DNA of 64,000 bases from the sequence record ON528725; one strand, given 5' to 3'. The stretch is from Shigella phage ESh15. The notes below the pieces were generated by a model. The model searched no databases and was not told the origin of the DNA. It saw nothing but the letters and a program-made list of their open reading frames with translations. Every line of letters begins with the position of its first letter. Within the stretch, counting starts at the first letter, position 1. A program made the position numbers and the translations under genes. Shown piece by piece: positions 59,910 through 64,000 of the stretch.

Positions 59910-61352
59910 TTAAAATTTTAACTCATTGGCTAAGCTATCTAGGTCAGCACGTGTTGCTTTGGCTTTACCTACGCGTTCCGTACGATTCACCTCTGCCTGA
60001 CGCATCTGAGCACCTGCGTTTTCATTTACTGTGTTAGGTGTGTTCATGCCTTCTTGCTCAATCTCAACCCATTTCTGATTGCCTTTACGTACACCCATCA
60101 AGAACTTGTTCCACTTATTCTTATCACCGTATCGTGATTTGATTTGTTTGATAAGTTGTTGTTCAGCTTGTGCAAGTTCTTCGGTTTCAATTACGGCCAA
60201 CATGAAATCTGCCGTTGCTGGTAAACCTGCTGATTCTGCAATATCACTCATGTTCATGTCTGAAGCATCCCATGCTGCACGTCCTACTTGAGCTGCAGTC
60301 CATAGAACTGTTTCAGATTCTACTGCTAATGCACGAAGTTCTTCTGCGATAGCTTTAACTAATGTGTAACTATTTTCAGTGTAAACTCTGATACGACAAG
60401 ACCCACAAATACCCAAGTAATCGACTATGATTACAGACGGCACAAAGTTCTTCTTGAGTTTCAATTCATTAAGCAATGCACGGAATGTATTAGCATTAGC
60501 TCCGCCAGTAGGATACTGTTTGACTACTAAACGTCCTAATGTGGATTTTGAACGCCATTTTTCCATCTTGGCTTTATATTCAGCATAAGATACGTTACCA
60601 TCATCGATATCATCGAGTGATACGTCAAGCATGTTTGCATCTATACGCTTAGCACAAACTTCTTCAGCCATTTCCATGGAAATATAAAGAACATTATGTC
60701 CTGTTTGAAGATAATCTGCAGCAAGTGAACAAAGGCCTAAAGATTTACCAACGTTAACACCGGCCATTAAAACGTTCAGTGTACCGGTTTCAGCACCACC
60801 TTTAGTGATTTTATTCAGAATGTTTAATTTGAACGGGACCTTACGTGCTTTATTTAGATAAGAAAGCCAGCGTGCTTCATAGTCTTCCATCCAGTCGTGA
60901 CCAACATAACTATCAAACGAAATTGAAAGTGCTTGACGCATAATATCAGGAATAGCTCCTACGTCAGGCATTTTCTTGTTACGTTGTTCTGGAGGTAGTT
61001 CAGCATTAGTCTGAATCTCAATGATTTTGGACGTGGCATTATACATTGCTTTTTGCTGGACATATTTCTCAGTTTCTTTAACCAACCATTCGTGGTCTTC
61101 AGGAGTATCAGCCAATTTTTCAATTAAGTCTGAAGTTCCTTTATATTCGGCTTCAGTTAAAGAACTGTTATCTAAAGCCACCTTTAATGCATTAATGGAT
61201 GGCATTGCATTATATTCGTTAACGTGGCTCTTTATAATTTTAAAGACGTTTTTTGCCGGTCCACGCTCAAAATACTCAGAATCCATATAAGGCCAGACCT
61301 TAGAAAAATAAGCCTGGTCGTATACGAGATGAGACAAAATAATTTCTACCAC
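59910..61352 (-). CDS. 41: replicative DNA helicase gp41 (DnaB-like)
   Basis: 480 aa; Walker A GVNVGKS; near-identical to recalled T4 gp41. Confidence 0.95.
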   Translation of the reverse strand: MVEIILSHLVYDQAYFSKVWPYMDSEYFERGPAKNVFKIIKSHVNEYNAMPSINALKVALDNSSLTEAEYKGTSDLIEKLADTPEDHEWLVKETEKYVQQKAMYNATSKIIEIQTNAELPPEQRNKKMPDVGAIPDIMRQALSISFDSYVGHDWMEDYEARWLSYLNKARKVPFKLNILNKITKGGAETGTLNVLMAGVNVGKSLGLCSLAADYLQTGHNVLYISMEMAEEVCAKRIDANMLDVSLDDIDDGNVSYAEYKAKMEKWRSKSTLGRLVVKQYPTGGANANTFRALLNELKLKKNFVPSVIIVDYLGICGSCRIRVYTENSYTLVKAIAEELRALAVESETVLWTAAQVGRAAWDASDMNMSDIAESAGLPATADFMLAVIETEELAQAEQQLIKQIKSRYGDKNKWNKFLMGVRKGNQKWVEIEQEGMNTPNTVNENAGAQMRQAEVNRTERVGKAKATRADLDSLANELKF

Positions 61353-61361
61353 GATAACTCC

Positions 61362-61724
61362 TTAAAAGAATTTAAATTTTTTCTTGGTTCGTTCATTAAA
61401 AGCTTGTTGTACCTGCATTGTAACACATTTTTCAACATGTGGTGCAAGTTCTGCTTTTCTGTCCTGGTCAAGAACTGCAAAGTCCATTACGATTTTACCA
61501 TCAACCCAATCTAGTTTTGTAATATAGACTATATGATGGGAACCGTCTTCAAGCGTAATCAGAATCTCTTGAATGACATTTTCCATTGCTGAACGGATAA
61601 TTTTAAGAGATTCATTAAACACTCGTTCTTTGCGAATGTCCTCCCCTTCCGAAGAAGGGGATTCATCAACGATTTCTAGATTTAAATCATCGAGATTATT
61701 CATCGAAATCTTCCATTTCGTCAA
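61362..61724 (-). CDS. 40: gp40 head vertex assembly protein
   Basis: 120 aa in gene 40 position between uvsX and 41; overlaps uvsX 3' end. Confidence 0.65.
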   Translation of the reverse strand: MTKWKISMNNLDDLNLEIVDESPSSEGEDIRKERVFNESLKIIRSAMENVIQEILITLEDGSHHIVYITKLDWVDGKIVMDFAVLDQDRKAELAPHVEKCVTMQVQQAFNERTKKKFKFF

Positions 61725-62868
61725 GGTCGTTTTCTATATCTGCTGCAGATGGAGCATCAGAAGTTTTAACCGGAACTTTAGTTGTTGCTTTGCAATTAAT
61801 AAGGTCGTTAACAGCGTCATCAACTTCTTTAATAGAAGAGATAGCGCCTAGTTTATATTTAGTTTCAATTGCATCTCGGAAAGGTTTGTGTTTAAACAAC
61901 GGTCCCCAGAATTCTACGCAATCAGTAGCTTTAGCACGCCATGATTTCTCTTCACGAATCATTTCACCTGTTTCTTCGTCAAGGAATTCACGAGCATACC
62001 AACCGGCTTTAGGTTTAACTACAAAACCAATTTCAGTTGCCATTTCTAGCAAGCCACTGAATGGGTCGATACCACCATCAAAATTAACCGTGATTGGGAA
62101 AGTAGATTTTTCTTTAACAGTACGAGATTTTTCTGCTTTCAACGTGAAGTCATAACCGGTCAATTCTGTACCTTCTTTAACCTGACGTTTAGAGATAAAG
62201 AATACAGTGTTAGCAGAGTAAAGAATACCTGTACCACCACCCATAATCTCTTTAGGATATAATCCGCCGATTTCCATTGCTGTATGGTTGATTGCAACAC
62301 ATGGAATATCTTTAATAGTCAGATACGGGGTTACAATACGGAAAAGAGATTTAAGTGCCTTAGCACGAGACATATCACCTACGACTTTCTCGTTCAATGC
62401 ATCTTCGGTTTCTTTCTTAGATGCAGTATTACCGATTGAATCGATAAAGATAATAACTTTATCACCGCGTTCAATAGCATCAAGCTGATTAGTCATATCA
62501 ACTTTAAGTTGTTCGACCGATTGAATTGGTGTATGAACTACACGGTCTAAATCAACACCCATTGAACGAAAATAAGATTCTGAAGCACCAAATTCCGAAT
62601 CATAGAACAAACAGATTGCATCTTTATATTTCTTCATATACGCTGCAACCATAGTTAGTCCAAACAATGTTTTAAAATGTTTAGAAGGTGCAGCAAAAAT
62701 AGTTAAGCCTGATTGCAATCCTGCATTCAGAGCACCACCTAGTGCAATATTCAACATCGGAATACGAGTAGGGACTTCATCACGATTATTAAACAGCTTA
62801 GACTTAGTCAAGTCTGCAGTCATTTTAGAAGTAGAAGCTTTAATCAGACGAGATTTTAAATCAGACAT
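61696..62868 (-). CDS. uvsX: UvsX recombinase (RecA-like)
   Basis: 390 aa; RecA-fold motifs and acidic C-terminus; close to recalled T4 UvsX. Confidence 0.95.
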   Translation of the reverse strand: MSDLKSRLIKASTSKMTADLTKSKLFNNRDEVPTRIPMLNIALGGALNAGLQSGLTIFAAPSKHFKTLFGLTMVAAYMKKYKDAICLFYDSEFGASESYFRSMGVDLDRVVHTPIQSVEQLKVDMTNQLDAIERGDKVIIFIDSIGNTASKKETEDALNEKVVGDMSRAKALKSLFRIVTPYLTIKDIPCVAINHTAMEIGGLYPKEIMGGGTGILYSANTVFFISKRQVKEGTELTGYDFTLKAEKSRTVKEKSTFPITVNFDGGIDPFSGLLEMATEIGFVVKPKAGWYAREFLDEETGEMIREEKSWRAKATDCVEFWGPLFKHKPFRDAIETKYKLGAISSIKEVDDAVNDLINCKATTKVPVKTSDAPSAADIENDLDEMEDFDE

Positions 62869-62967
62869 TGTATTTTTCCATAGGCATCATTATATTTTAC
62901 TCATGTTTAAAAGATAAGATGATTATATACTAAGAGTTATACAGCATTTAAAACTTTAAACAGGCTC

Positions 62968-63516
62968 TTAACGAGCCCATTTGATGATTTCTGTAATCAA
63001 ACCATTACGTTCGCTTGCATTAAATCCTATAACTTTGTTAGCACCATCATGATTAAGTAATTGATACGTTTGGATTTTGTTATGAATTGCAAACTCTTCA
63101 AAATGTGAAATGACTGTATTAAAACCGAATGAAGACAAAGTAATAAGGTCGTCTTCAAAACTTTCAGTCATTTCATTACGTGTTAAAATAATTGTGAACA
63201 CATCATGGTTTTGGCAAAGACGAACATAGTCCTGTTCATAAACGTCAAGAATCGAGTCCGCATCTTGTCGAATACGTCCATAAACCCAGTTACTAATATA
63301 TCCACGGTCTAACAGATAAATCTTAGTAGGGTCTAAATAATTCAACATCGTTTCGAAACAGCCAACTTCATTTCGAGACTTAACATCGAAACGTCCATCA
63401 ACTGTTCGTTTAGGGAAATCAATCTTCACATATCTTTCACTAATTTCCATTATGTCATTAATGAAAGTTGTTTTACCGGCATTATCCGGGCCATCTACTA
63501 AAATAATTTTAGCCAT
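62968..63516 (-). CDS. P-loop nucleotide kinase, thymidylate-kinase-like fold
   Basis: 182 aa; Walker A VDGPDNAGKTT and LLDRGYISNWVYG fitting the D-R-x-x-x-S-x-x-x-Y element of dTMP/dNMP kinases. Confidence 0.55.
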   Translation of the reverse strand: MAKIILVDGPDNAGKTTFINDIMEISERYVKIDFPKRTVDGRFDVKSRNEVGCFETMLNYLDPTKIYLLDRGYISNWVYGRIRQDADSILDVYEQDYVRLCQNHDVFTIILTRNEMTESFEDDLITLSSFGFNTVISHFEEFAIHNKIQTYQLLNHDGANKVIGFNASERNGLITEIIKWAR

Positions 63517-63517
63517 T

Positions 63518-63982
63518 TTATTCCTCGATTACGACATCTTCGTATTTAGGTATATTATACGGTGAAGAAATTAAAGCATTAAAGTAGATGAACTCACCAA
63601 GACCTGGATGGAATACTTCTTCAGGATTTTCGAAATATTGAATTTTCGGACGTCCTTTAAGAATTTGATAGTACTCAGTTTTAGTTGGTTTAAAAATTCG
63701 AATCAGTGCTTCTTCAGGATACTTATTTCTGTCGAAGCTATTATTTGGATCGGTTATATAAAGCGGTTGACCTAATTGAATTGCACATTCAACCACTTGT
63801 TCAAAACGATAACATGGGTCACTAATTCGAAATGGATGAAAAATACCATCTACATGAATAGGAGCCAAATCACCTACAAGACGCTGCATGATGGAAGGAC
63901 GTATAACTTTCTGCGTTACGATAATCTTATTACCATCTGCACCTGCGTTAACCAGCACTTCTTTTTGACGTTCATTCAACAC
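63518..63982 (-). CDS. hypothetical protein (154 aa)
   Basis: Track ORF upstream of the kinase-like gene. Confidence 0.4.
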   Translation of the reverse strand: MLNERQKEVLVNAGADGNKIIVTQKVIRPSIMQRLVGDLAPIHVDGIFHPFRISDPCYRFEQVVECAIQLGQPLYITDPNNSFDRNKYPEEALIRIFKPTKTEYYQILKGRPKIQYFENPEEVFHPGLGEFIYFNALISSPYNIPKYEDVVIEE

Positions 63983-64000
63983 AGTAGTTTGAAGTGAACG

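Overview
This 64 kb window is a contiguous segment of a T4-like (Tevenvirinae) myovirus genome. Gene order is syntenic with T4 from the gene-30 side through rIII-31-cd-pseT-alc-rnlA-denA-nrdB-nrdA-td-frd-32-59-33-dsbA-rnh (minus strand), the late tail-fibre module 34-35-36-37-38-t (plus strand), then asiA-motA-52-ac-ndd-rIIB-rIIA-39-dexA-dda-srd-mod-soc-56-61-(61.x)-41-40-uvsX (minus strand). Identifications rest on my recollection of T4 protein sequences, motifs, lengths and synteny; nothing was database-verified. Proteins look roughly 70-85% identical to T4, so this is a T4 relative, not T4. Differences from T4 that deserve attention: (1) a class-I DAHP synthase (AroG-like) between cd and pseT; (2) a GT-B glycosyltransferase where T4 has gene 60/mobA, next to an unsplit 605-aa topoisomerase gene 39; (3) a thymidylate-kinase-like P-loop protein where T4 has beta-glucosyltransferase; (4) a nine-ORF island between primase 61 and helicase 41 holding Spackle, a 61.2/AdfA-position ORF, an Imm-like membrane protein, a lipoprotein and a minimal Arr-like ADP-ribosyltransferase fold; (5) a NADAR-like plus HAD-like pair at the window start; (6) many early-promoter/stem-loop cassettes (PeSL-like) in front of small ORFs. 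No introns, homing endonucleases, tRNAs or CRISPR arrays were seen; dam appears absent.
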